From NCBI GenBank assembly GCA_963663965.2, contig CAXXFK010000007.1, positions 32,001 to 96,000 on the forward strand: 64,000 nt of DNA. The letters run 5' to 3'. Positions 1-10,905 of this stretch are shown here, one piece after another. Both the position numbers and the translations under genes were made by a program. Below the pieces are notes generated by a model. It saw nothing but the letters and a program-made list of their open reading frames with translations. It did no database searches and was not told where the DNA came from. Position 1 is the stretch's first letter. Every line of letters starts with the position of its first letter. The DNA is from Sedimentisphaerales bacterium. GTDB taxonomy: Bacteria; Planctomycetota; Phycisphaerae; Sedimentisphaerales; SM23-30.

Positions 1-1337
<1,337 letters not shown>

Positions 1338-1438
1338 AGTATGTTAACCTCAAATTCCGTATCTGGCGATCTAATCTTGCCGATCGCGGAGGAGATGCTG
1401 GTCCATAGCGGTCCAGTATTTTTCTAATTTAGTCCCAT

Positions 1439-1467
1439 ATTTTAACCCGGAAATCTACCCTTTACAA
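1439..1467 (-). promoter_or_regulatory. Putative sigma-70 promoter of gyrA
   Basis: TTGTAA-N17-TAAAAT on the minus strand, about 100 nt upstream of the gyrA start. Confidence 0.5.
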
Positions 1468-1639
1468 TCCTTATTTTTATCATTTTAGTGCTGTTTTTAT
1501 AACAGGTTAGAATAATCTCTCACTATTGTTATCCTGGTGTTGCAAGGGGGATAATGAATGATAAACAATCAAATGTTATTTGCACCGATGGCGCAGTCTG
1601 TCCTTTTTTGGCCTCTTAGAGAGAAATGATTCATCGGCA

Positions 1640-2539
1640 TCAATTTTCATTAAATCCGGTAATTGTGACGTCAAGGTCATTCAGAACGCACTTGAATCTG
1701 GTGCAATTCAAGGAAACATCGCCGATTCTGGGCGGGCCGTTGATTTCTTCGTGGCGACTGATGCCCTTTAACAAATATTGGGAACAACCATATTTTTTGA
1801 TGACATATTGACCGATTTCATAGAGCTGCCAAGACTGATTCCCGCCGAAATGAAAAAGACCGCGGATATTCTGGTTAATGACCGCCAGGATCATTTCTTC
1901 AATCTGTTCACACCATAAACAGCTACGCAGTTCATCGTAAAACAAAGTAACTGGCCGGCCCTTGAGCAAGCGCCCTTTGACCCAGTCAATTGCGCCGGCT
2001 GTGCCGGTAACCGATTCACCCAGCGGTAAACCTAATCGTATGATGCAACTGTTTTCATAGTTTAAAAGAGCCGTTTCAGCCTGGGCGAAGGTCTTGCCCG
2101 CGACACTAACTGGATCTGGCGGATGATCTTCCGCATAGCCCTGTTCGGGCGGATTCTGGCCGGAAAAGACCAGATCGGTACTCAGATAAATAATCGGGCA
2201 GAGTCTGCCAAACACATCTGTAATAGTTTGCATACCGTTCACGTTAATATCGTGGGCCCAGTTGGGTCTTTCTTCGCAGAGATCCAGGTCGCATATTCCG
2301 GCGCAGTGAACAACCAATGTCGGCTGAAATGAATCGCGGATTTTGACCAGGTGTTTATGATTGGTAATACACATTGAGGTGACATTGGGACCGATCGTTA
2401 CTTTGGTTTTGGGGGGACAGATCCCCATGAGATTCCGGCTATCCATAATGCCAACAAGCGCTTTCCATACCGGCCAGCCATGGATCGAGGTTATACCGGT
2501 AATCAGAATACGATGGGGGTTGGTATTTGAGGAAATCAT
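1640..2539 (-). CDS. RmlD-like extended SDR (NAD(P)-binding) protein with degenerate catalytic motif
   Basis: ILITGITSIHG Rossmann start, VVHCAG, YLSTDLVFSG and YAEDHPPDPV motifs. The expected YxxxK reads AGKTF. Confidence 0.75.
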   Translation of the reverse strand: MISSNTNPHRILITGITSIHGWPVWKALVGIMDSRNLMGICPPKTKVTIGPNVTSMCITNHKHLVKIRDSFQPTLVVHCAGICDLDLCEERPNWAHDINVNGMQTITDVFGRLCPIIYLSTDLVFSGQNPPEQGYAEDHPPDPVSVAGKTFAQAETALLNYENSCIIRLGLPLGESVTGTAGAIDWVKGRLLKGRPVTLFYDELRSCLWCEQIEEMILAVINQNIRGLFHFGGNQSWQLYEIGQYVIKKYGCSQYLLKGISRHEEINGPPRIGDVSLNCTRFKCVLNDLDVTITGFNEN

Positions 2540-2552
2540 GGAGGCCGCCGTT

Positions 2553-3131
2553 TTATTTTATGCAACGATACACAAATGCCGGAGGAAAATTGCGCCAGAC
2601 GATTGGGGAACGGCCAAAACCAGCAAAATGGGCTTTTAATTTTCGATAGAATTTCTGGCCGGCCGGTAATAAGAGGCCTTGTAAATAGGCAAAGGTCATA
2701 AATTGGCCACCAGGTTTTAAATTATCAAGGATAGCGCCTAACAGTTCATCCTGAAGATCGTCGCCAAAAGAAGCCCATGGCAGTCCGCAAATAATGGCAT
2801 CGGCTTTATTGGATTGATGCCGGGCCAGATAATCGGCCAACCGGGTCGCGTTGTCCTGATACAGGATTAATTGTGGCAAATGAGCCCGCAAATGATCAGC
2901 CATGACCGGATTGGCTTCGATCGCAAAAAAAATTGTCTGGGGACTTATCCGGCTTAATACGGTTTCGGAAAAGACCCCCGTTCCCGGCCCGAATTCAACG
3001 ATGGTATCAATATTTTTAAAGTCGATCGTTTCGACCATGCGGCGGGCCAGGAATTCTGAACTCGGCACTATGGCTCCGATCTGGCCGGGATGGCGAATAA
3101 ACTGGGTTATAAATGTTAAGGCGGTTTTCAT
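2553..3131 (-). CDS. Class I SAM-dependent methyltransferase, PmtA/OlsG-like lipid N-methyltransferase family
   Basis: GAIVPSSEFLARRM, VEFGPGTGVF, IICGLPW, LKPGGQFMTFAY and RNFPPAFVY match this family. Start placed at ATG 3131; the ORF extends to 3173. Confidence 0.75.
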   Translation of the reverse strand: MKTALTFITQFIRHPGQIGAIVPSSEFLARRMVETIDFKNIDTIVEFGPGTGVFSETVLSRISPQTIFFAIEANPVMADHLRAHLPQLILYQDNATRLADYLARHQSNKADAIICGLPWASFGDDLQDELLGAILDNLKPGGQFMTFAYLQGLLLPAGQKFYRKLKAHFAGFGRSPIVWRNFPPAFVYRCIK

Positions 3132-3389
3132 CTTTACGATTATATCGTCCCTGGGCGTCGGGGCCAAACTCATTCTGGCGCGATTTGTCGTCCGATAAAA
3201 TAAAGTTCGATTACAACTGCTATTTCTTAGCTATCTTCCGGTAAGAAAGTTGTCTATACTCATTTTTAAGCGCGGATTCTATTGAATGTCCCCCCATAAA
3301 GTTAGTATTATGGAATCAAGTATCAGAGCCGCAATAAACGATTCTGAAGTTATTTTCAGGCCCCTGCCTCATTACACCAAGGAGAAAAT

Positions 3390-4019
3390 ATGAAGAAAAC
3401 CATCCTGACTTTATTGATTTTGTGTACCGGCTCATTAACAGCCATGGCCAACACAACGATGTTTTTTGATGATTTCAATCAGGAAAGCATTGGTTTGAAA
3501 TACAACAGTTTTTCCAATTGGAATGTCGTACCCAATGAAGGGACCGTTGATGTCATCGGTGTCGGTTCCGGCTGGAATTATTTCCCGGATTATGGCCGCT
3601 ATGTCGATATGGACGGTTCCTCCGGTGACGCTGGAATTATTGAAACCAAAGCCCAGTTTAATCTGGTTGCCGGTGTCACATATCAGCTTTCATTTGACCT
3701 GGCCGGTAATCAGCGCGGATCTCAACAGGATGCCGTTACGGTACAGGTGAACATGGGCGATATATTAAATAGTAATATCTCGCTTGCGTATAACGCGCCT
3801 TTCCAGAATTTTGTTGAAACATTCAGTGTTGCCGACAATACCTCGGCAACCATCAGTTTCGCCGGATTTGGCGGTGACAATGTCGGAATGCTTCTGGACA
3901 ATGTTAAGCTGGAAGCCGTCAATTGCCCTGCCCCGGCGGCAGTACCTGCCCCGGGTGCGATTCTGCTGGGATCGCTGGGCAGCGCACTGGCTGGAATGAT
4001 TCGCAAACGCATTGCCTGA
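3390..4019 (+). CDS. Secreted PEP-CTERM-type (PAPGA variant) surface protein with a DUF642/galactose-binding-like domain
   Basis: AAGGAG RBS, Sec signal peptide, YQLSFDLAGNQR and GMLLDNVKL motifs, C-terminal VPAPGAILLGSLG-TM-RKR sorting signal. Confidence 0.85.
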   Translation: MKKTILTLLILCTGSLTAMANTTMFFDDFNQESIGLKYNSFSNWNVVPNEGTVDVIGVGSGWNYFPDYGRYVDMDGSSGDAGIIETKAQFNLVAGVTYQLSFDLAGNQRGSQQDAVTVQVNMGDILNSNISLAYNAPFQNFVETFSVADNTSATISFAGFGGDNVGMLLDNVKLEAVNCPAPAAVPAPGAILLGSLGSALAGMIRKRIA

Positions 4020-4041
4020 AACAAGTAAAACAGAAATTAAG

Positions 4042-4079
4042 CAGGGCGCTTCTGATATCCAGAAAGCGCCCTGTTTTTT
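4042..4079 (+). terminator. Rho-independent terminator
   Basis: CAGGGCGCTT-CTG-atatc-CAG-AAAGCGCCCTG followed by T6, between convergent genes. Confidence 0.8.
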
Positions 4080-4103
4080 CTAATGGTTTATTTTTCTGGC
4101 GAA

Positions 4104-5168
4104 TCAGGTGTTTGCCGAAGCGATGACGCCGCCTTGAGGTAACACTTTCAGAGCCCGAATAACATTGCTGGCAGTGTCAAGCATATAAAGGGTATCGCCG
4201 GCGCTGTTAATAGCGATTGTTACCCGGACACAGCCACCCTTCATCGTCAGGTTGCCAAACGCGCGCTTCAGGTTCCCATCGGTTGAAAAAATCTTCACGC
4301 GCCGCAACGCGGATTCCGAGGCGTACAGATTGCCCTGGTTATCAAAACAGACATTTTTGGGTTCACAACAACCGGAAAACCCTTCCAGCTCATCCCCTTT
4401 TTTGCCGAAACGGGCCACTTCATTGCCGTCACGGTCATATTTTACCACGGCAAATTCACAGTTGGCTGCTCGATAGAGGAAGTCATCGTGACAGGTGATG
4501 TCCTGCTGGCTGCAACATCCGCGCAAGCCATCCAGTATCTGTTTCTGGTTGTCAAAGCTATAATCCATTCGATAAACACTGAAACTGGTTTTATCGCGCA
4601 ATACCACAAAGATATCCTTATCGGTATGTCCCAGGCTGGTTGTGAGTTTGCCGGGGATTTCTCCAGACGCAATGGTGGCGCCGGCCAGATCCATTAGCGC
4701 AATCTGCCCCGGCCCGGCTACGACAAAACGGTCCGCCCCAACCATCTCGACCGCTTGTGGAGAGAAATCCAGCGCCCATTTTGACTTTAGTTTATCGTTG
4801 CTGTCTACATGCCTTACACAGTTGCCCCGCTCGTCACAGACCAGCAGATTGTCTTTGCCATCGATGCAAAAGTTGGATATCCGCTGAGAACGAGTGTCGT
4901 CGCCCAGGCCAATAACACCGGCCAGATCGAAACCGGATTCCGTATCGACATGATAGTCTTTTGCCACCGCCTGGGGCAATTCCTGAGAAGCGGCTTCCTG
5001 GTCAACCGAGGCGTTTTGCTGTTCAATATCGCATTCAATCGGCTGTTCTTCTCCCGCGCCATTCGAAACGGAAACCGTTGGCTCCTGTTTCTCACAACCG
5101 GGAAGACATAATATCCCAAGTCCGAGCAATCCAGCCGCCATCAGGTTAATATACGTTTTCATAGCCAT
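4104..5168 (-). CDS. Cys-rich NHL-repeat (6-bladed beta-propeller) lipoprotein
   Basis: Lipobox LCLPGC, NHL-like blades (PKNVCFDNQGNLYASE...RVKIFSTDG), two GCC motifs. RBS spacing suggests the start may be 5162. Confidence 0.75.
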   Translation of the reverse strand: MAMKTYINLMAAGLLGLGILCLPGCEKQEPTVSVSNGAGEEQPIECDIEQQNASVDQEAASQELPQAVAKDYHVDTESGFDLAGVIGLGDDTRSQRISNFCIDGKDNLLVCDERGNCVRHVDSNDKLKSKWALDFSPQAVEMVGADRFVVAGPGQIALMDLAGATIASGEIPGKLTTSLGHTDKDIFVVLRDKTSFSVYRMDYSFDNQKQILDGLRGCCSQQDITCHDDFLYRAANCEFAVVKYDRDGNEVARFGKKGDELEGFSGCCEPKNVCFDNQGNLYASESALRRVKIFSTDGNLKRAFGNLTMKGGCVRVTIAINSAGDTLYMLDTASNVIRALKVLPQGGVIASANT

Positions 5169-5195
5169 TCTCCATAGATAAAGTTGTGATAGATT

Positions 5196-7580
5196 TTAAT
5201 CTTGAGGATAAATAATCAGGCGGTCATGAACCATGACCACCAGATCGTTTTTACCATCGCCCGTCACATCGCCTATTTTTACAGATCGCGGTTCGCCACC
5301 ACTGGCCGTGCGGCGATCCATCAATGACGGCTCATTTTGAGCCAGATCCGCCTCCTCGAATACTTTCAAACGATACGCCCTGACCAAAGTGCCTTGTTCG
5401 TCGAATGTCAAAAGATCGATATGGTTGCCCGCGTGATCTACCGCGAGGATTTCCGGGTAATTATCATTATTGACGTCACCGGTAACCACCAGGCCATATC
5501 GTGTTTTGTCTTCATCGACCGGGTCATAAGCCGCGACCTGACTGGCTAAAGCCACCTGTCCGCTCATCGGGATCTGTATTAATTTATCCGCGCCGCATAA
5601 CATCAGGCTGGGCGTTCCGCCGCCGAAATTGCCGCAGACAATTTTTCGTTCCAATATGGAGCCGATTTCGATTTGCTCGCGCATCCGGTAGATACCATCC
5701 TCGTCGCCAACCAGGATCGATAATTCCCCCCGGGCGTTATCATAAGTGACAATTTCCAGTCCGGGCGTTTCGGTTATAATCTGGCATGCCAGCGCGGTGG
5801 TCAGGTTCGCGTTGTCTTGTTCGGCTTGAAACTGGTCCACCACCTGCCAGCCCTTTTCCGCATCGAAAACGATCGCCCGCGCGAAGTTTTTCTGGGCGAC
5901 CAGGCAGGCCTGCCCGCCATCGGCCCCCAGGTTTGCAACCGATACGGCTTTGGGTGCGATATCGGAAACCAATCCCGCGTTAATTCCCTTGCGCGTTTCT
6001 TCGCCCTGGGGATTGCGATACAACAACAGAGGTTTATAGGGTTGGAAAATCAGCACGTCTGTTTTGCCGTTATGGTCGATATCCACACCACACATGCCCA
6101 CGGGTTTATCGCGCAACGAATTCAGCGGTATGCTTTCCTGGGCTTTTTCCTGATCGGTGCCGGGATGGCTGATGATCCCGAGGTGATAAGCTTTCTTTTC
6201 ATCCCGGAATACATAAACCAGGTCCTGCCGGCCATCGCCATCGAAATCCATTGCGTCAAAGGCCTGGGGTTCGCCCGCCAGCTGTACGGTTTGTGGATAA
6301 ATTAGTCGCCCATTCTCATAGTGTGTCAAACCAATCAGCTTTTCGTCATAGCTGAAAACGGCAAGCCTGTCTTTTGATTCGCCGGGTTGACGAAATGCGA
6401 CCACGCCGCGCATATCGCGGAATCCGGGAAATGTTTCCGGGTCTGAAAGCCGGCCTTTGCCATCCGCCAGGCATACCCAGAAAGTCGCCTGATCCGGACT
6501 GGTCACAATCATATCCAGCAGGCCGTCGCCGTTGATGTCGGCGGCAGCGATATCAACATTATCTTTTTTGCCGGCGGTTGGCAGTGGATAGGTAAGGACG
6601 GGCTTGGCTCGTTTTTCTTCCTGTTGTGACAGTTGATATAAAACAATCCGATGGCTCTTGGCGGCAATGGTCGTAAAGATACTTTTGACGCGATCTTTGG
6701 CGAGTGGCGCGGTCTCCATCGATAGCGCAAAGGGCATTTCAAGCCGTATTTCCGGCCCCAAACTGCCATGGGCGGTCTGCAACCGTACGCGAACCGGATA
6801 ATCTTCAACGGCGGCAGTCAGTAAAACCAGATCATCCCGTTTATCGCCATTGACATCGGCGATATCGACCTGACGCAGTTTGCCTGAGGCACTGTAATGC
6901 CGCACGGGTTCTGATAAACCATCCTGGCCCTGCAGCAAAACGAAAACGCTGTCCTGTGCCAGAACGACCAGATCGTCTTTCTGATCATGGTTTAAATCCC
7001 CGCAGGCCAGGGCGGACGACGTGGGCAAGCCTTCCCGAATGTCAATTTTTCGATCAGGTTTCCATTGGGGCGCGACAGGGTCTTTGCTGTCGGAGGGTTT
7101 GGATTGATCGGGCTTTTCCTGTAAGATCAGTCGCAAACCCTCGTCCCGGGTATACAAAGCAAAGTCTAAAATATGGTCGTTGTTGAAATCACCAACTTGT
7201 ACTGATTCGACTTGCCAGTTCAGTGGGAATAATACCCGTTTAAAACGCCAGTTTTTTTCGCGTGCGAAGATATCGTTGATGTCATCTTCCTGGGGTTCCA
7301 ATTCAACGGTTCCCGGATCGAAGTTTTTTTTCTGCAGCAGCAAATCCAGACGGCTATTGCGGTTGTTCAATAAGATCAGATCGTTTAAGCCGTCGTGATT
7401 GATATCGCATACGAGTGGCGGATCAATGCCCGGACCCAGTTTTAAAACTTCCATTTCTCCAAAACCGTAATAATCTTCCCAGTTAACGTTGTCAATTGCC
7501 AGGCAGACCGTGACGCATCCAAACACGAGACAAAAAAAGCTTGTCGAAAATAACCACTTCTGCAATACAGTTTTTGACAT
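5196..7580 (-). CDS. Secreted FG-GAP/VCBS-repeat protein
   Basis: Signal peptide and many DxNxDGxxD repeats (DINHDGLND, DVNGDKRDD, DINGDGLLD, DFDGDGRQD, DVTGDGKND). GAGGTG RBS before ATG 7580. Confidence 0.9.
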   Translation of the reverse strand: MSKTVLQKWLFSTSFFCLVFGCVTVCLAIDNVNWEDYYGFGEMEVLKLGPGIDPPLVCDINHDGLNDLILLNNRNSRLDLLLQKKNFDPGTVELEPQEDDINDIFAREKNWRFKRVLFPLNWQVESVQVGDFNNDHILDFALYTRDEGLRLILQEKPDQSKPSDSKDPVAPQWKPDRKIDIREGLPTSSALACGDLNHDQKDDLVVLAQDSVFVLLQGQDGLSEPVRHYSASGKLRQVDIADVNGDKRDDLVLLTAAVEDYPVRVRLQTAHGSLGPEIRLEMPFALSMETAPLAKDRVKSIFTTIAAKSHRIVLYQLSQQEEKRAKPVLTYPLPTAGKKDNVDIAAADINGDGLLDMIVTSPDQATFWVCLADGKGRLSDPETFPGFRDMRGVVAFRQPGESKDRLAVFSYDEKLIGLTHYENGRLIYPQTVQLAGEPQAFDAMDFDGDGRQDLVYVFRDEKKAYHLGIISHPGTDQEKAQESIPLNSLRDKPVGMCGVDIDHNGKTDVLIFQPYKPLLLYRNPQGEETRKGINAGLVSDIAPKAVSVANLGADGGQACLVAQKNFARAIVFDAEKGWQVVDQFQAEQDNANLTTALACQIITETPGLEIVTYDNARGELSILVGDEDGIYRMREQIEIGSILERKIVCGNFGGGTPSLMLCGADKLIQIPMSGQVALASQVAAYDPVDEDKTRYGLVVTGDVNNDNYPEILAVDHAGNHIDLLTFDEQGTLVRAYRLKVFEEADLAQNEPSLMDRRTASGGEPRSVKIGDVTGDGKNDLVVMVHDRLIIYPQD

Positions 7581-7617
7581 AATACACCTCTTCCCTGTAG
7601 TCAATGCCGGGTTGTGA

Positions 7618-7646
7618 AGGTTACAATAATTTTACATAATTTTTAC
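7618..7646 (-). promoter_or_regulatory. Three 11-bp-periodic GTAA direct repeats; candidate OmpR/PhoB-family binding site
   Basis: Minus strand reads GTAAAAA (from 7646), GTAAAAT (7635) and GTAACCT (7624), in a divergent intergenic region. Confidence 0.45.
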
Positions 7647-7767
7647 GGGCCGTCATTTTTGTCAGGCAATCCCATATTACAAATCAAATTTATTTGTTGC
7701 TATAGAATAGGGCTTGCTCTATCATTTGTAAATAGTTATATTGACAAAAAATGAAAGGGATAAGGAT

Positions 7768-8733
7768 ATGAATCCACGCATCACAGTTAAAGTTCTGGTT
7801 ATTGTTGGTTGCTTTTTTTCTATCGGGTATGCGCTTGATACCGTTTCTCTCAAGGATGGATTTGAACTTAAAGGGGACATTCTTAAACAAACCGACAAAC
7901 ACCTGGTTATCGATATGGGCTTTGATGTCCTGTCAATACCACAAACATCGGTGATCAAAACGGTTAAAGATGATGTGGCTGCCGCCCAGGCAATCGTGTC
8001 TGAACACAAGCGGCCCGATTGGCAACTCTACCATACTGCCAGCCTTCAAACCGATACGATTGAAAAACATTCTGAAAGATCTGGCGAAGCGGTTGTTATG
8101 GTTACCAGCCCGGGTGGACAGGGATCCGGTTTTATTATTAATGAACAGGGATATCTGATTACCAACTTTCATGTGATTCGCGGAGAAACCAAACTGAAAA
8201 TCACGGTTTTTTGTAAAAACAAAAATGGCTATGAGCAAAAAGTATATAAAAAAGTCAGGATCGTTGCCTTTAATCCGTTGTGGGATCTGGCTTTGCTGAA
8301 AATCGAAGAGGCGGATGCGCCGTTTAAATATGTCTGTCTGGGCGACACCGGCAAGGTGGAAGCAGGGCAGGAAGTGTTTGCGATTGGCAATCCTCTGGGC
8401 CTGACCCGTACCGTCAGCCAGGGGATCGTTTCCACGCCCAACCGCAATTATGAAAGCCAGCTTTACATACAGACCACTGCCGATATCAATCCAGGCAATT
8501 CCGGCGGGCCGTTGTTTAATATGAAAGGAGAAGTAATTGGCGTTACTTCCAGCGGCTATATTTATCTCAGCGGCCTTAATTTTGCGATCACTTCGGATAC
8601 CGTCAAAAACTTTATCAATAATCGTGACGCGTTCGCCTATGACGAACGCAATCCCAATGCCGGGTACCGATACGTTCAACCGACCGGAAGAAAAAATAAA
8701 ACCAATCCTCCCGCCCCCAAGATTCCCTTTTAA
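7768..8733 (+). CDS. Secreted trypsin-like (S1C/HtrA-like) serine protease without a PDZ domain
   Basis: GSGFII, TNFHV (His), DLALLK (Asp), AIGNPLGL and INPGNSGGPL (Ser) motifs; signal peptide; no C-terminal PDZ domain. Confidence 0.9.
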   Translation: MNPRITVKVLVIVGCFFSIGYALDTVSLKDGFELKGDILKQTDKHLVIDMGFDVLSIPQTSVIKTVKDDVAAAQAIVSEHKRPDWQLYHTASLQTDTIEKHSERSGEAVVMVTSPGGQGSGFIINEQGYLITNFHVIRGETKLKITVFCKNKNGYEQKVYKKVRIVAFNPLWDLALLKIEEADAPFKYVCLGDTGKVEAGQEVFAIGNPLGLTRTVSQGIVSTPNRNYESQLYIQTTADINPGNSGGPLFNMKGEVIGVTSSGYIYLSGLNFAITSDTVKNFINNRDAFAYDERNPNAGYRYVQPTGRKNKTNPPAPKIPF

Positions 8734-8805
8734 AGCGATTAATTGCTTTCAGTTGTCAACATATTACAAGAGTGCAATAAACTCAGAAAATCGGAAAGTC
8801 CTGCC

Positions 8806-10809
8806 ATGAAGCTCAAAAACCATCTTATTGTTGTATTGATCCTGACCCTGTGTGTCATTGCCGGCGCCCAGACCGAACAGGCCGTTGAAAAGGCGCGTTG
8901 GTTTGGGCGGGATACGATTGTCTATGCCTGGGCCAATGATATTGACGCGATCGTTGCAAAAGTCCAGAAGACCTCGCTTTATGATTTTTATACCGCGCCC
9001 GAACTGCACGAATTCATGACCGGGGCCAAAGAAAAACTTCAGAAACGGTTTGATAATACTCTCAAAGATGTATGGCAGGAAATGGGCATTGAGGAGCCTC
9101 CTCAGCAATTGCCCTGGCCTCATGGCCAGATTGTCTTTGGACTGTTTTTGCAATCACGCACCGTTATGGTGCCGGACTGGTCTAAATGGCACGGACCGTC
9201 TGATGAAGAAGTTGAACTTGATATGAATTCTTTCCGGGCGCCCCTTCTCGATGAAGAGGATGAGTTTGATTTAACCGAAGAAGATTTCATGACGGATTTC
9301 GATCCGGATAAGCTTCCTAAAGTCGAACAAACAGTACCCGATTTCCAGATGGTCGCTGTGATAGAGATGGGTGAGAGTATGGCGCAGGCGCGCGAACTGT
9401 TCGGTCAATTGATTGAAAAGCTAAGCGATAAAGAAGAAATCATCCTGCAACGGGAAACCATAGAGGGTTGTGAAGCTTTTCTGCTGAAAGACCAGCCGGA
9501 AGACGATCCCGATTTTGATGTCCCGATGATAGCTTTCAGTAATGATCGCATTATCGTGGGGTCCAGTTTAAAATACCTGACCCAGGTGATCCGGGCCATG
9601 GAAGAACCCGCTGAAGACAATGTTGCCGATAATCCTCATTTCCGCCGGATTGACCGGGTGTTTGACGCTTCTGATGTTTTGGTGTTTGCCGATGTTCCCA
9701 AGATAATCCGAACCCTGAGTCAGATTACCCCGGAAGATGAGCGGGAGGCCATGCAAACGGCCATGACTCAGTTTGGTGTGGATAATCTGGTCGGAGTCGG
9801 CCTGACAGTCCAAATGCCCGCGGACCAACCCCAGCAGATGCAATATAAGATGTTGGCCATGCTCGATGGCGAACCCCAGGGTCTTTTTAAAATCTTGGCG
9901 CCCGAAACCAGGCCGCTTCGCCTGAATCGATTTATGGCGCGCGATGTCGCCGCCTGGATGAGCGTGAACTACAATCTGGCCAAACTCTATAATGATATTA
10001 CCGGCCTGGTATGGACCATGAGCAATATGGACGTCGCCACGATGCTGGAAGGCGGCCTGCTCAAAACGGGGGATCCGGCCTCCGGTGTGGCTGCGGTTAA
10101 TTTGAAAAATGATATCATGGGTCAACTGGACGCGCCGGTCAGCGTGGTAATGACCATTGAAAAACCGCTTAATATTGAAAAATCTCAAAAAGGGTTAGTG
10201 GCCATTCAAGTACGCGATTCCCAGCGGTTGGATCAGAGTCTGGCGCGGATTTACAAAACGTTTATTGCTCCGGATGATGACGATGCGGTACAAAAGGTCA
10301 ATGGCCGCAGCCTCTATACCCTGCCACTCGGCAATTTGCTAACGGCATTTGCTGTGGCGGATGATAATTTTGTTTTTGGCGATACCAATCAGGTTCGTCA
10401 GACATTGCGGAATCTTGGGCGCGACGACATTGAAAGTGTTAGTTTGAGTCCTATGTTCCAGTATGCCAGGCGGTTTTTGCCGGAACAGGCCGGCGCGTAC
10501 TTCTACGAAGATTCCCGCAAAGGCATGGAGTTGGCCTGGCATGCCCTGAAGGAGGAAATTCTTAATCATGCCGCCAATAACAGCGCTGATGCCGACCCGG
10601 ATGATGACGCGAAAATTGAGCTTAACCTGGAATTGACCAGCAATCCGGTTGAACAGATTATCAATGAGTTCAAAGATATCGCGGCCCGTTCCAATCTGCC
10701 GGATTTCCAGGCCATCGAAAAATATTTCGGACCAACGGTCGGCTATTTCTCGGTTACCGGTGATGGGTTCTATTTTGAAATTTCCGGCCTGCGCCCTCCC
10801 AAAGATTGA
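8806..10809 (+). CDS. Secreted DUF3352-like protein with an acidic insertion
   Basis: Signal peptide and a two-fold repeated architecture typical of DUF3352-like planctomycete proteins (recognised by eye). Start placed at ATG 8806. Confidence 0.6.
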   Translation: MKLKNHLIVVLILTLCVIAGAQTEQAVEKARWFGRDTIVYAWANDIDAIVAKVQKTSLYDFYTAPELHEFMTGAKEKLQKRFDNTLKDVWQEMGIEEPPQQLPWPHGQIVFGLFLQSRTVMVPDWSKWHGPSDEEVELDMNSFRAPLLDEEDEFDLTEEDFMTDFDPDKLPKVEQTVPDFQMVAVIEMGESMAQARELFGQLIEKLSDKEEIILQRETIEGCEAFLLKDQPEDDPDFDVPMIAFSNDRIIVGSSLKYLTQVIRAMEEPAEDNVADNPHFRRIDRVFDASDVLVFADVPKIIRTLSQITPEDEREAMQTAMTQFGVDNLVGVGLTVQMPADQPQQMQYKMLAMLDGEPQGLFKILAPETRPLRLNRFMARDVAAWMSVNYNLAKLYNDITGLVWTMSNMDVATMLEGGLLKTGDPASGVAAVNLKNDIMGQLDAPVSVVMTIEKPLNIEKSQKGLVAIQVRDSQRLDQSLARIYKTFIAPDDDDAVQKVNGRSLYTLPLGNLLTAFAVADDNFVFGDTNQVRQTLRNLGRDDIESVSLSPMFQYARRFLPEQAGAYFYEDSRKGMELAWHALKEEILNHAANNSADADPDDDAKIELNLELTSNPVEQIINEFKDIAARSNLPDFQAIEKYFGPTVGYFSVTGDGFYFEISGLRPPKD

Positions 10810-10852
10810 CATCTTGACTTTTGGAAACATCGCGTAATCAATAAATATTCAT

Positions 10853-10892
10853 GCGTCCCGGACTTGTAGAATCAGCAAGCCGGGACGTTTTT
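10853..10892 (+). terminator. Rho-independent terminator
   Basis: GCGTCCCGG-A-CTTG...CAAG-CCGGGACGT followed by a T-run, between convergent genes. Confidence 0.7.
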
Positions 10893-10905
10893 ATTGGCGG
10901 ACCGT

